From assembly GCA_038142325.1 (NCBI GenBank), contig JAYQJW010000007.1:16052-80051 (forward strand): 64,000 bases of DNA, read 5' to 3'. Of this stretch, positions 8,841-19,465 are shown in pieces. The notes beneath the pieces are model-generated. The model ran no database searches. It was not told the origin of the DNA and worked only from the letters and a program-made list of their open reading frames with translations. Made by a program: the position numbers and the translations under genes. Origin of the DNA: Gammaproteobacteria bacterium. GTDB lineage: Bacteria > Pseudomonadota > Gammaproteobacteria > GCA-002705445 > GCA-002716945. The first letter of the stretch is position 1; the number at the start of each line of letters is the position of its first letter.

Positions 8841-8984
8841 ACTTATCTGTGATTATAAATATTAGAGCATTTTAATGCTTGTTTTTTGTAATAAATCCAT
8901 GCAATATTAACTTCACGTGGACATATTAGAAATCAATGATAAAATAATATACATTGGTAACCAAAGGTTTTTATGGGATAAATT

Positions 8985-10241
8985 GTGAAAAAACATGATA
9001 CACCAATGATCGATGAGCTAGAAAACGGGCCATGGCCTAGTTTTATAAGCGGCATAAAAAAATTAAGAGATACACACCCAGATAACAGAATTAATGAAAT
9101 GACAAACGACCTTCTTGGTCAACTTGAGCATTCATATGAAACACGCAAAGGATATTGGAAAGGTGGGACAGTGAGTGTCTATGGTTATGGTGGCGGAATC
9201 ATTCCTAGGTTTTCTGAAGTTGGTGCTGCATTCCCTGCATCTAAAGAATTCCACACACTAAGAGTACAGCCTCCTGCTGGTAACTTCTATTCAACAAGCA
9301 TGCTAAGAAAATTAGCAGATAGCTGGGAAAAGCATGGATCAGGCTTAGTAACATTTCATGGTCAAACAGGAAACATCATGTTCATCGGCTCAACTACCGA
9401 AAACACACAGCATTTCTTTGATGAAATCAATGATTATGGTTTTGATTTAGGTGGTGCGGGACCATGTGTTAGAACAGCAATGTCATGTGTTGGTGCAGGA
9501 CGATGTGAAATGTCTAACGTAAACGAACATAAAGCCCACAGACTTTTAGTAAATAACTTTACAGACGACGTTCACAGACCGGCTTTACCATACAAATTCA
9601 AATTTAAAGTGTCTGGATGTGCTAATGACTGTATGAATTCTATCGAAAGAGCTGATATGTCTGTCATCGGAACTTGGAGAGATGCAATTAAAGTTGATCA
9701 AGACGAATTCAAGAAATACGTTGAGATGAAAGGTCGCAAGTATGTAATTGACAATATCGTAACAAGGTGTCCAACTAATGCAATTTCACTTAACGATGAT
9801 AATTCAATAGAAATTGATAATCAGAACTGTGTCAAATGCATGCATTGTCTAAATGTTGTACCTAAAGCACTTCATCCTGGAGATGATAAAGGTGTAACGA
9901 TACTTATTGGCGGTAAAAGAACTCTTAAAATCGGTGATTTAATGGGTACAGTTATTGTTCCATTTATGAAGTTAGAAAAAGAAGAGGATTGGGAGAGACT
10001 AGTCGAGATTGCAGAAGAAACAATTGATTTCTGGGCTGATAATGCTCTTGAACATGAGAGATGTGGCGAGATGATTGAGAGAATTGGTCTTGTTAACTTC
10101 CTTGATGGAATTGGCATCGATGTTGACCCTAACATGGTAGCTAATCCTAGAGAGAGTTCTTACGTAAGGACCGATGATTGGGATGATGAGGCAGTAAAAT
10201 GGTATGAAAAAGCCGATCAAAGAGCAAAGGATTCAGCATAA
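8985..10241 (+). CDS. dsrA: Dissimilatory sulfite reductase alpha subunit (oxidative type)
   Basis: TPMIDELENGPWPSF, siroheme/FeS motifs CVGAGRC and GCANDC, ferredoxin domain. GTG start. Confidence 0.98.
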   Translation: MKKHDTPMIDELENGPWPSFISGIKKLRDTHPDNRINEMTNDLLGQLEHSYETRKGYWKGGTVSVYGYGGGIIPRFSEVGAAFPASKEFHTLRVQPPAGNFYSTSMLRKLADSWEKHGSGLVTFHGQTGNIMFIGSTTENTQHFFDEINDYGFDLGGAGPCVRTAMSCVGAGRCEMSNVNEHKAHRLLVNNFTDDVHRPALPYKFKFKVSGCANDCMNSIERADMSVIGTWRDAIKVDQDEFKKYVEMKGRKYVIDNIVTRCPTNAISLNDDNSIEIDNQNCVKCMHCLNVVPKALHPGDDKGVTILIGGKRTLKIGDLMGTVIVPFMKLEKEEDWERLVEIAEETIDFWADNALEHERCGEMIERIGLVNFLDGIGIDVDPNMVANPRESSYVRTDDWDDEAVKWYEKADQRAKDSA

Positions 10242-11326
10242 TGAGTGAGAACGCAAAAAAAGAAATGAGATCACCAATAGAGACAGGTTGTCCTGATGGT
10301 TTTCAATATATGCATCCAACGATGCGTAAAAACTTTGGTCAGTGGAAGTATCATGAACATCCACGCCCTGGAGTACTTCTTCATGTCGCAAACAGTGGAG
10401 ATGAAATTTGGACAGTAAGAGCTGGCACACAACGTATATTAGATGTATTTACACTTAGAACACTATGCGACATAGGCGATGAATTTGCAGATGGTTATGT
10501 GAGATTTACCATCAGAAGTAACATTGAGTATATGGTTAAAGACAAAGATAAAGTACAACCTTTAATCGATGCGCTTGAAAAAGAAGGATTTATAGTTGGT
10601 GGTACAAAAAATTCCGTAGCTATGATTTCACATACACAAGGCTGGCTACACTGTGATATACCAGGTACTGATGCATCCGGCGTTGTAAAAGCTATGATGG
10701 ATGAACTTATTGATGAATTTAGAAATAATGATATGCCTAACCGTGTTCATTTAACAACATCATGTTGTCAGATAAATTGTGGTGGACAAGGTGATATTGC
10801 GATCAATATCCAACACACCAAACCACCAAAAATTAATCATGATCTTGTTTCAAACGTTTGTGAGAGACCATCTGTAGTAGCTCGTTGTCCTGTGGCAGCG
10901 ATCAGACCAGCAATGGTCAATGGCAAACCATCACTTGAAGTTGATGAAAAAAAATGTATTTGTTGTGGTGCGTGCTTTCCACCATGCCCACCTATGCAAA
11001 TTAATGATCCAGAACACAGTAAATTAGCAATTTGGGTCGGTGGTAATCACTCTAATGCGAGAAGCAAACCATCTTTCCAAAAACTGGTTGCAGCTGGTAT
11101 ACCTAATAATCCACCAAGATGGCCTGAAGCAACAGCAATTGTTAAAAGAATATTAAGCGCTTATAAGGAAGATGCTCGTGATTGGGAAAGAATAAACGAT
11201 TGGATAGAACGAATTGGATGGCCAAGATTCTTTGAACTAACAGAGCTTCCATTTACTAAACACCATATTGATAATTGGCGTGGTGGTAGAAAAACACTTA
11301 ATTCATCAGCATACGTTAGATTTTAA
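10241..11326 (+). CDS. dsrB: Dissimilatory sulfite reductase beta subunit
   Basis: HTQGWLHCDIP, TSCCQINCG, CICCGACFPPC and NNPPRWPE motifs. Confidence 0.98.
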   Translation: MSENAKKEMRSPIETGCPDGFQYMHPTMRKNFGQWKYHEHPRPGVLLHVANSGDEIWTVRAGTQRILDVFTLRTLCDIGDEFADGYVRFTIRSNIEYMVKDKDKVQPLIDALEKEGFIVGGTKNSVAMISHTQGWLHCDIPGTDASGVVKAMMDELIDEFRNNDMPNRVHLTTSCCQINCGGQGDIAINIQHTKPPKINHDLVSNVCERPSVVARCPVAAIRPAMVNGKPSLEVDEKKCICCGACFPPCPPMQINDPEHSKLAIWVGGNHSNARSKPSFQKLVAAGIPNNPPRWPEATAIVKRILSAYKEDARDWERINDWIERIGWPRFFELTELPFTKHHIDNWRGGRKTLNSSAYVRF

Positions 11327-11338
11327 TTAACTAACATT

Positions 11339-11731
11339 ATGAAATTTGGTGTACTAATAAATGAAGGCCCTTATCAACACCAAGCTTCAGACACCGCTTA
11401 TAAGTTTATTGAAGCAGCAATAGAGGAAGGCCATGAAATATTTAGAGTCTTCTTTTATCATGACGGTGTTAATAATGGCACACGTTTAGCTACTCCCCCT
11501 CAGGACGATAGACACATACCTAATCGCTGGACTGAATTAGCCGAAAAACATGATCTTGATTTAGTGTTGTGTGTTGCGGCAGCTCAAAGAAGGGGTATGG
11601 TTGATGAAGATGAGATGAAAAGAAATAGTAAAGATGCAAATAATATTGCAGGTAAATTTCGTATTTCTGGTCTAGGACAATTAATAGAAGCAGGCATACA
11701 AGCTGATAGAATGATTACATTTGGTGATTGA
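11339..11731 (+). CDS. dsrE: Sulfurtransferase DsrE
   Basis: VFFYHDGV and active-site LCVAAAQRRG. Confidence 0.95.
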   Translation: MKFGVLINEGPYQHQASDTAYKFIEAAIEEGHEIFRVFFYHDGVNNGTRLATPPQDDRHIPNRWTELAEKHDLDLVLCVAAAQRRGMVDEDEMKRNSKDANNIAGKFRISGLGQLIEAGIQADRMITFGD

Positions 11732-11732
11732 T

Positions 11733-12119
11733 ATGGAAGATCAAGAGTTAGAATCTGGAATTGTAAAAAAATTCATATATGTAAATAGAAAAGCTCCTCA
11801 CGGAACAATATATGCACATGAGGCTCTTGAAGTTGTTTTGATCGCAGCAGCATTTGAGCAAGATGTATCATTAGCGTTCATTGATGATGGTGTGTATCAA
11901 CTTAAAAAAGGTCAAAACACAGATGGTATAGCAACGAAAAACTTCACTAAAACATTTGGAGCTCTAGAAATGTATGATGTTGAAAAACTTTATGTAGAAA
12001 AAGAGTCTTTAGAAGAACGCGGTCTTAGTGAGGATGATTTGTCTGTTGATGTTGAAGTTTTAGCATCTTCAGATTTAAAAAAACTATTTAATGAATCTGA
12101 GGTATTTTTCAACTTCTAA
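11733..12119 (+). CDS. dsrF: DsrF
   Basis: RKAPHGTIYAHEALE and FIDDGVYQL; ATG at 11733. Confidence 0.95.
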   Translation: MEDQELESGIVKKFIYVNRKAPHGTIYAHEALEVVLIAAAFEQDVSLAFIDDGVYQLKKGQNTDGIATKNFTKTFGALEMYDVEKLYVEKESLEERGLSEDDLSVDVEVLASSDLKKLFNESEVFFNF

Positions 12120-12422
12120 TGTTACATACGATAAACAAGTCGCCTTTTGAGAAAGATAGCCTTAAAACCTGTCTAAGATACGCAGAGAAGGGCTCATCAG
12201 TATTGTTCATAGAAGATGCTGTTTATGCATGTACAAAAGGAACAACCTTCGAGAAAGCAGATTACAGAGCACCAAGAAAATATAAGTTTTTATGTGCTTG
12301 GACCTGACCTTGATGCGAGAGGACTTGATAATTCGAATTTAACAAATAATATAGAAATTATAGATTATAAAGGTTTCGTTAAACTTGTAGCTGATAACGA
12401 AAAAACTCAAAATTGGCTTTAA
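12119..12422 (+). CDS. dsrH: DsrH (apparent frameshift error at ~12254)
   Basis: MLHTINKSPF...CL...LFIEDAVY in one frame; YVLGPDLDARGL...IDYKGFV.L...QNWL in the next. Confidence 0.9.
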
Positions 12423-12434
12423 CAGGAGAAAAAG

Positions 12435-12767
12435 ATGGCAATTGAAGTAAATGGCAAATCTTTTGAAACAGACGAAGAGGGATATTTAGCAAACCTCAAC
12501 GACTGGGAAAAAGACGTAGCAACAGTAATGGCAAAAGAAGATGATATTGAACTATCTGATGATCATTGGGAAATTATTAATTTCCTCCGTGAGTACTATG
12601 AGGAATATCAAATTGCGCCAGCTGTAAGAGTTCTTACAAAAGCTGTAGGTAAGAAACTTGGAAAAGACAAAGGAAACAGTAAATATTTATATGAGCTATT
12701 TCCATATGGACCAGGTAAACAGGCTTGTAAATTCGCTGGGCTTCCAAAACCAACTGGGTGCGTATAA
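12435..12767 (+). CDS. dsrC: Sulfur carrier DsrC
   Basis: C-terminal ACKFAGLPKPTGCV with both conserved Cys. Confidence 0.97.
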   Translation: MAIEVNGKSFETDEEGYLANLNDWEKDVATVMAKEDDIELSDDHWEIINFLREYYEEYQIAPAVRVLTKAVGKKLGKDKGNSKYLYELFPYGPGKQACKFAGLPKPTGCV

Positions 12768-12792
12768 GTAGTCAGCAGGTCAGGGAGAGACG

Positions 12793-13530
12793 GTGACATT
12801 TGTAACTATATTGTATGCAGCGATGTTTTATTTCGCTGCAGCAATATTATTTGTAGGTCTTGCATACAGAATATATGAATATGCAACTATACCAGCACCG
12901 TTAAAAATCCCAACACCACCGGCTCCAATGACACAAAAAGGAGTTGCAGTGCGAATATTTAGAGAAGTTGTATTTTTCGAAAGTTTATTCTCCGCAACGA
13001 AGTGGACTTGGCTTTTTAGCTGGCTCTTTCATTTAGCACTTCTTCTAGCCGCGTTCAGACATCTGAAGTATTTCACAGATCCTGTCTGGTTTTGGGTATC
13101 ATTTGAATTAGTTCAAGTTGCCGGTCATTATGCTGCTTATTTGATGTTATTTGGTTTATTAGGATTATTTGCAAGACGAGTTTTTGTAGATAGGGTTAGA
13201 TACATATCATCACCTTCTGATTATTTGATTCTAGTTTTAATTATTTCCATCGCAGGTTCCGGACTAATGATGAAATGGTTTCCCTCAGATATTTTGGCTA
13301 TAAAATTATTTTTTGTTGGGTTACTAACATTTAATTTTTCAGAACTACCTGCAGATACTATGCTGCTGATTCATCTATCATTAGTTATTGCATTAATGAT
13401 AATTTTTCCATACAGTAAATTGTTACATGCACCTGGTTTATTTTTTAGCCCAACTAGAAACCAAGTTGATAATGCAAGAAGCAAAAGACATTTAGCAAAT
13501 TGGGCAAAGCGAATGGAGTCGAATAAATAG
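12793..13530 (+). CDS. dsrM: DsrM membrane b-type cytochrome
   Basis: NarI-like helices, heme His residues (FH, RH, IH, LLH) and FFSPTRNQ. Confidence 0.95.
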   Translation: MTFVTILYAAMFYFAAAILFVGLAYRIYEYATIPAPLKIPTPPAPMTQKGVAVRIFREVVFFESLFSATKWTWLFSWLFHLALLLAAFRHLKYFTDPVWFWVSFELVQVAGHYAAYLMLFGLLGLFARRVFVDRVRYISSPSDYLILVLIISIAGSGLMMKWFPSDILAIKLFFVGLLTFNFSELPADTMLLIHLSLVIALMIIFPYSKLLHAPGLFFSPTRNQVDNARSKRHLANWAKRMESNK

Positions 13531-13531
13531 T

Positions 13532-15028
13532 ATGGCTAGTAAATTTCAAACACCGGAAGTTAGAAAGTTTCCTGTAATACCTAAACTCAAAGATGATGCA
13601 ACTGCTCATCTATCACCATTTAAATCAAAAGAAGAATTTCAGTCTAGTCTTGGCTATCCTGGTGAGCTTGTTGACAACTGGCAAGAAAAAGCCATCGATA
13701 AGATGGGAGAATTGCTTGGAAAGTACCGCTCATTAAGAGTTTATCTTGATTCTTGTATACAATGCGGAGCTTGTACAGACAAGTGTCATTACTATCAAGG
13801 AACCAAAGATCCAAAAAATATGCCTGTAGGTAGACAGAACTTAATGAGAAGTGTCTACAGACGCTATTTTACTTTACCCGGTAAGTACTTTCCAAAATTA
13901 GTAGGTGCTCAAGATTTAACGGAAGAAGTGTTAGATGATTGGTATTCATATTATCATCAATGCTCTCAGTGCAGACGATGCGCTGTGTTTTGTCCAATCG
14001 GTATTGATACTGCAGAAGTATCTATGGCTGCCAGAGAGGTCATGGATTCTATAGGTGTAGGTCAAAAATACTGTAATGAAATAATAGGCAAGGTTCATAA
14101 AATTGGAAATAACTTAGGTCTTCCAGAACCTGCACTTGCTGATACATTAGAGGGTCTTGAAGAGGATGTTTTAGATGATACAGAAGTTGATGTTAAATTT
14201 CCTTTAGATGTAAAAGATTCAGAAGTTCTTTTAGTTACACCCTCAGCAGATTTTTTTGCTGAGCCACATGTTGACGGATTAATAGGTTATGCGAAAGTAT
14301 TTCATCAAGCTGGAATAAGCTGGACCTTAAGTTCCCATGCAAGTGAAGCTGCTAATTTTGGAATGTTCATAGGAAGCTATGACAACATGAAAAAACTTGC
14401 AATGCGTATACGTGAAGCTGCATTAGAATTAAATGTTAAAAGAATTGTATTTGGTGAATGTGGTCATGCTTGGCGCGTTGCTTATAGTTTCTTAAATACG
14501 TTAGCAGGGCCTTTTGATTTCTTAGATCCGAGATATCCTGTTCCACAGCATATATGTGAAATTACAAATAGCTTAATTGATCAAAATGTACTGAATTTTG
14601 ATAAATCTGCCAATGATGATATGACTCTCACCTATCATGATTCATGCAATGTTGCTCGTGCATCTAGCATGGGGGGTGTAATGGGCGGACAATTTACAAT
14701 TCCAAGAAAAATCATACAAACTGTTGCCAATAATTTTTATGACATGGATGATGAAACAATTAAAGAAAAGACCTATTGCTGTGGTGGAGGTGGAGGCCTT
14801 TTAACTGATGATTTAATGGAACTTCGTGTTAAAGGAGCACTGCCTAGAATGGAAGCTCTGAAGCAGTTGATTGAAGAAAAAGGAGTTACACATATGGCAG
14901 CAATATGCGCCATCTGTAAGAGTCAATTTAGTAAGGTATTTCAGTATTATGATCTAGAATTGGATCAAATAGTGAGCCTGCATCAGCTTGTGAGTAATGC
15001 GCTAATTATGAACAAAAAAGAGGTTTAG
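13532..15028 (+). CDS. dsrK: DsrK Fe-S protein
   Basis: CIQCGACTDKC, CSQCRRCAVFC and CCG domain (CCGGGGG). Confidence 0.96.
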   Translation: MASKFQTPEVRKFPVIPKLKDDATAHLSPFKSKEEFQSSLGYPGELVDNWQEKAIDKMGELLGKYRSLRVYLDSCIQCGACTDKCHYYQGTKDPKNMPVGRQNLMRSVYRRYFTLPGKYFPKLVGAQDLTEEVLDDWYSYYHQCSQCRRCAVFCPIGIDTAEVSMAAREVMDSIGVGQKYCNEIIGKVHKIGNNLGLPEPALADTLEGLEEDVLDDTEVDVKFPLDVKDSEVLLVTPSADFFAEPHVDGLIGYAKVFHQAGISWTLSSHASEAANFGMFIGSYDNMKKLAMRIREAALELNVKRIVFGECGHAWRVAYSFLNTLAGPFDFLDPRYPVPQHICEITNSLIDQNVLNFDKSANDDMTLTYHDSCNVARASSMGGVMGGQFTIPRKIIQTVANNFYDMDDETIKEKTYCCGGGGGLLTDDLMELRVKGALPRMEALKQLIEEKGVTHMAAICAICKSQFSKVFQYYDLELDQIVSLHQLVSNALIMNKKEV

Positions 15029-15105
15029 CTCAAAAATTCTTATGCTATACTCATTGGATACTGTATTAGAAAAGTATAATAAACTTATATTAAATGTTGA
15101 AATAA

Positions 15106-17079
15106 ATGACAAAAATTGAAAAAACTATAAATTTGATGAAAGAGGAAAACACCTACAAAAGGTTTAATGAAGGTGATCATAAATATACTGATTTTTCAGA
15201 AGCAATATTTGAACAGGACCATTCACATAAATGTCCTACATATGTTCATAAAACTCCTCCTTGTCAAGGAAGTTGTCCATCAGGGGAAGACATAAGAGGT
15301 TGGTTGCAAATTGTCCGCGGTATTGAGCAACCTCCAGCAGACATGTCTATGTCTGAATATGCTTTTAGAAGATCAACTGCTGCAAACCCATTCCCTTCAC
15401 AAATGGGAAGAGTCTGCCCAGCACCATGTCAGAGTGGTTGCAACAGAAATGAAGTTGATGATTATGTGGGTATTAATGCAGTAGAACAATTTATAGGAGA
15501 TAAAGCGATTAAGGAAGGATACACCTTTGATGCTGCGCCTGAATTAAACAAAGAGAGAGTCGCTATCATAGGTGGTGGACCCGCTGGCTTGTCTGCTGCA
15601 TATCAATTAAGAAAGATGGGTTATGCATCTACAATTTTTGAAGAAAGAAAAGAGCTTGGTGGAATGATGCGCTATGGCATACCAGGATATAGAACACCTA
15701 GAGATTTATTAGATAAAGAAATTGAGAGAATTATTAATCTCGGAGACATCGAGATTGTATTGGGTAAAAGAGTTGGAAAAGACATTGCACTTGATGAAGT
15801 AGAGAAATCTCATGATGCTGTTCTTTGGACAATAGGGTGTTGGAATGGTAAAGCAATACCTGTTGATGGAGGAGATGCAACTAATTGCATTACAGGTGTA
15901 GATTTTCTTGAAGCTTTTTGCGACGGCAGACTTAAAGTAGGTTCAAAAAAAGTAATCTGTGTAGGTGGCGGTGATACATCAATCGACGTTGTATCAGTTG
16001 CAAGAAGACTAGGTCATATATCAAAAATGAATGAACAAGATACTCCAGAGAACATAGTACATGGTTATGTCGCTCAAGACGTATCTGAGTCAGCTGCAAA
16101 AGAGGGTGCTGATGTAACACTGACATCATTATTTAAGAAAGAAGAAATGACAGCTGCAGAACAAGAAGTAAATGATGCTATGCATGAGGGCGTTAGTATT
16201 TTGAATGGTGTTATGCCAGTAAAAATTGAGAAGGATGACAACAACAGGGCAATAGCTATGATTGTTGCTGATTGCAGCTTTGATGAAAATAACATCCCTA
16301 CACCGATCGACGGCACAGAAAAAAGAATAGAAGCTGATTTAATAGATGCAGCCATAGGTCAGGCACCAGATATCGAAGGTATAGATGAGCTTGGAAATGA
16401 CAAAGGTTTCTTCGAAGTAGATGACTACTACAGACATAAAACAAAAGAAGGTCATTTTGTAGCGGGCGATATAATTAGACCACATTTACTAACAACAGCA
16501 ATTGGTCAAGGATCAATTGTTTCTCAAACAATCAAAAGCTATTTTGAAAATAAAGATTTTAAAAGACGTCCAAAAGTTGACGTTCATCATTTTAATTTAC
16601 TTGATAAATTAAGAGAAACAGACTTGGCGCCTGAGCCTTATACAGCTCCAATTAGTCCTGATTCATATCGTGGTTCAGATACTAGTAAGAATGTTTTACA
16701 TAATTATGAAGATAGATCTGCCCAAGAAATTATTCCATCTACAGAACTTTTTCTCGGACACTTCAAACATGAAGAGAGACTCAAAAGAGGTGAGGATGTA
16801 CCATCTGGCGATGAGGTAATAGATAACTATAAAGATAGAATTATCGGTTTAACTGAAGAGCAAGCTATTGCTGAAGCATCTAGATGTATGAGTTGTGGCA
16901 TGTGCTTTGAATGTGATAATTGTGTAATTTACTGTCCTCAAGATGCAGTGTTTAGAGTTAAAAAAGATGAGTCAACACTTGGTAGATATGTTGATACAGA
17001 TTATAACAAATGTATTGGTTGCCACATTTGTGCAGATGTCTGTCCAACAGGTTATATTAAAATGGGGCTTGGCGAGTAA
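15106..17079 (+). CDS. dsrL: DsrL iron-sulfur flavoprotein (NAD(P)H oxidoreductase)
   Basis: TPPCQGSCP, GGGPAG and GGGDT Rossmann motifs, C-terminal ferredoxin (CMSCGMCFEC, CIGCHIC). Confidence 0.96.
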   Translation: MTKIEKTINLMKEENTYKRFNEGDHKYTDFSEAIFEQDHSHKCPTYVHKTPPCQGSCPSGEDIRGWLQIVRGIEQPPADMSMSEYAFRRSTAANPFPSQMGRVCPAPCQSGCNRNEVDDYVGINAVEQFIGDKAIKEGYTFDAAPELNKERVAIIGGGPAGLSAAYQLRKMGYASTIFEERKELGGMMRYGIPGYRTPRDLLDKEIERIINLGDIEIVLGKRVGKDIALDEVEKSHDAVLWTIGCWNGKAIPVDGGDATNCITGVDFLEAFCDGRLKVGSKKVICVGGGDTSIDVVSVARRLGHISKMNEQDTPENIVHGYVAQDVSESAAKEGADVTLTSLFKKEEMTAAEQEVNDAMHEGVSILNGVMPVKIEKDDNNRAIAMIVADCSFDENNIPTPIDGTEKRIEADLIDAAIGQAPDIEGIDELGNDKGFFEVDDYYRHKTKEGHFVAGDIIRPHLLTTAIGQGSIVSQTIKSYFENKDFKRRPKVDVHHFNLLDKLRETDLAPEPYTAPISPDSYRGSDTSKNVLHNYEDRSAQEIIPSTELFLGHFKHEERLKRGEDVPSGDEVIDNYKDRIIGLTEEQAIAEASRCMSCGMCFECDNCVIYCPQDAVFRVKKDESTLGRYVDTDYNKCIGCHICADVCPTGYIKMGLGE

Positions 17080-17108
17080 TATTTCGCTCTCTTATTTAGG
17101 GGAAAATA

Positions 17109-17564
17109 TTGAGACATCTTAAGATATCTTCTGTGATATTTATTTTTATGATTACTCTACAATCAGGGTATACACATGATGGAAATCCTCACGTAACTGT
17201 TGGAAAGTCTAAAGCAGATTCACAGGAAGCCTGTGTAGAACCAACTGATATCATGCGAAAAGAACATAATCTTTTTCTGTTGCATCAACGAGATGAGACT
17301 GTCGTAGACGGCATAAGAACTAAAAATCATAGTTTAGCGAATTGTGTTGATTGTCACGTTTCTTATGATGAGAAAGGAAAGGCAATTCCAATAAATGCAG
17401 AAGGTCAATTTTGTCAGGAATGTCATATGAAGACTGCAACAAATATAACTTGTTTCTCATGTCATGCCGCTGAGCCAAGGTTTCCAAAACATTCAGGCAA
17501 TATAAGTAAAAATAATACAGCCGAAATAAGTAAAATTGCTAAGAGTATTAAAAATGAAAAATAG
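17109..17564 (+). CDS. dsrJ: DsrJ triheme cytochrome c
   Basis: Signal peptide and three CxxCH motifs (CVDCH, CQECH, CFSCH). Confidence 0.93.
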   Translation: MRHLKISSVIFIFMITLQSGYTHDGNPHVTVGKSKADSQEACVEPTDIMRKEHNLFLLHQRDETVVDGIRTKNHSLANCVDCHVSYDEKGKAIPINAEGQFCQECHMKTATNITCFSCHAAEPRFPKHSGNISKNNTAEISKIAKSIKNEK

Positions 17565-18282
17565 AAGAGACTTTCTTGTCAAATCTGCCAGCGCATTAGC
17601 TGTCACTTTTATTATTCCGTCTCTATTGACTGAGAAAGCTCATGCCAGAAAACCATTAGCACAAAAAGTGACTAATAAAAACAGTTGGGGCATTCATATA
17701 GATGTAGATAAATGCGTTGACGGATGCACGGCATGCGTTGATGCATGTAATGAAGAAAATGGTTTAACCGGTTTTGGACGTCCTGAGACAGATTCCCAAT
17801 GGATCAGAAAAGTTAAAATCCAAGATAATACAACTAATAAAATCTCCACAATGCCTCTAATGTGCCAGCACTGTGAGAATCCACCATGTTGTGATGTATG
17901 TCCCACAGGCGCTTCATTTAAAAGAGAAGATGGAATTGTGATGGTTAATCAACATACATGTATCGGTTGTAGATATTGTATGATGGCTTGCCCATTTAAA
18001 GCTCGTTCTTTTGTACATGAGACACTAACACAACAGAATACAAACGCACCTAGAGGAAAAGGTTGTGTTGAAAGTTGTAACTTATGTGTTAACCGCATTG
18101 ATCACGGTGCCGAGACAACTGCTTGTGAAGATGCATGTACTAAAGCTGGACACAATGCTATTACATTTGGTGACTTAAAGGACTCTAGTAGTAAAGTAAG
18201 TGTAGTAGTTAGTTCAAATAGCCCAAGAAGGCTTCGAAATGATTTGAATCTGCAGCAGAAAGTTTTTTATTCCAACATATGA
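17554..18282 (+). CDS. dsrO: DsrO periplasmic Fe-S protein
   Basis: Tat signal NRRDFL and multiple ferredoxin Cys motifs; ATG at 17554. Confidence 0.95.
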   Translation: MKNRRDFLVKSASALAVTFIIPSLLTEKAHARKPLAQKVTNKNSWGIHIDVDKCVDGCTACVDACNEENGLTGFGRPETDSQWIRKVKIQDNTTNKISTMPLMCQHCENPPCCDVCPTGASFKREDGIVMVNQHTCIGCRYCMMACPFKARSFVHETLTQQNTNAPRGKGCVESCNLCVNRIDHGAETTACEDACTKAGHNAITFGDLKDSSSKVSVVVSSNSPRRLRNDLNLQQKVFYSNI

Positions 18283-19454
18283 GCGATTACACATTAGATA
18301 AATTAAAAGCTCCTAGGTTTGTCTACTGGGGATTATTTTTATTTCTTGGTTTTCTTATACTTATTGGTTTGGCATCTTCTGCATACATGGAACATGAGGG
18401 CCATTATGTTACAGGTATGAATAATCAAATTGTTTGGGGGCTACCTCATATTTTTTGCCGTGACTCTTATAGTCATCGCCTCAGGTGTACTTAACATCGC
18501 ATCATTATCATCTGCATTTAATAAAAAATTATATAAACCACTAGCACCATTATCTGCTTTGTTTGCAATTGCTTTTCTAATTGCTGGTTTAATAATACTT
18601 GTATTGGATCTTGGAAGGCCTGACAGACTGATCGTTGCAATGACCACATATAACTTCAAATCAATATTTGCGTGGAATATTTTTTTATATTCAGGATTTT
18701 TTGTAATTTTAGCTATATACATTTGGTCAATGCTAGATTTTAATGTTACCAAATACTCCTCTATAGTTGGCAAATTTGCATTTGGATGGAGAATTATTTT
18801 AACAACAGGTACAGGTTCCATATTTGGTTTTTTAGTTGCACGTGAGGCATATTCAACAGCTGTGCTAGCACCACTATTTATTGTAATGTCACTTCTTTAC
18901 GGTACAGCAGTATTCTATTTACTATTAAAAGTTATATCTAAATTGCAATCAGTTGATATACCACTCGAGATTACTAAAAATATTAGAAAACTCATGATTA
19001 TTTTTTTATTGGCTAATATTTATTTCTTGATTTTGTATCATATAACTAACTTATATATTTCAAAACAGGTTGCTGTTGAAACATTTATTCTTCTTGATGG
19101 AGGAGGTTACACAACTATGTTTTGGCTAGGTCAAGTTGGCTTAGGCCTTCTAATCCCTCTCTTATATGAAACAACTAATCATGAAGGTAGGGAGTTTCCT
19201 TTGTTAATCACCTCATTTATGGTGGTTCTAGGTGGTTTTTTTGCTGTAGCAGTCATAATTATTGGTGGACAAGCATTTCCATTAAACATCTTTCCTGATC
19301 ACACTATATTAGAATCAACTTTTTATGATAATCAAATTCACGCTTACACACCTTCATTATTTGAGTTTGGTCTAGGAATAGGTGGGACTTCCTTGCATTA
19401 ATAATAATACTTATATTAATAACTAACCTAAAATTTATTCCTATAAAAAAATAG
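18279..19454 (+). CDS. dsrP: DsrP (NrfD family), two apparent frameshift errors
   Basis: GMNNQIVWGLPH and LDLGRPDRL motifs. Indels at ~18455 (T run) and ~19391; the restored frame ends at TAG 19454. Confidence 0.9.
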
Positions 19455-19465
19455 AATAAATCTCC

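Noticed and set aside
6289-8984. CRISPR array or further cas genes near cas6
   Set aside because: No regularly spaced 25-40 bp direct repeats were seen. The intergenic gaps (7055-7135, 8841-8984) are too short, and the flanking ORFs are not Cas proteins.
12119-19454. dsrH and dsrP as pseudogenes
   Set aside because: Single indels in short runs with both halves intact. The same pattern affects housekeeping genes, so sequencing error is more likely.
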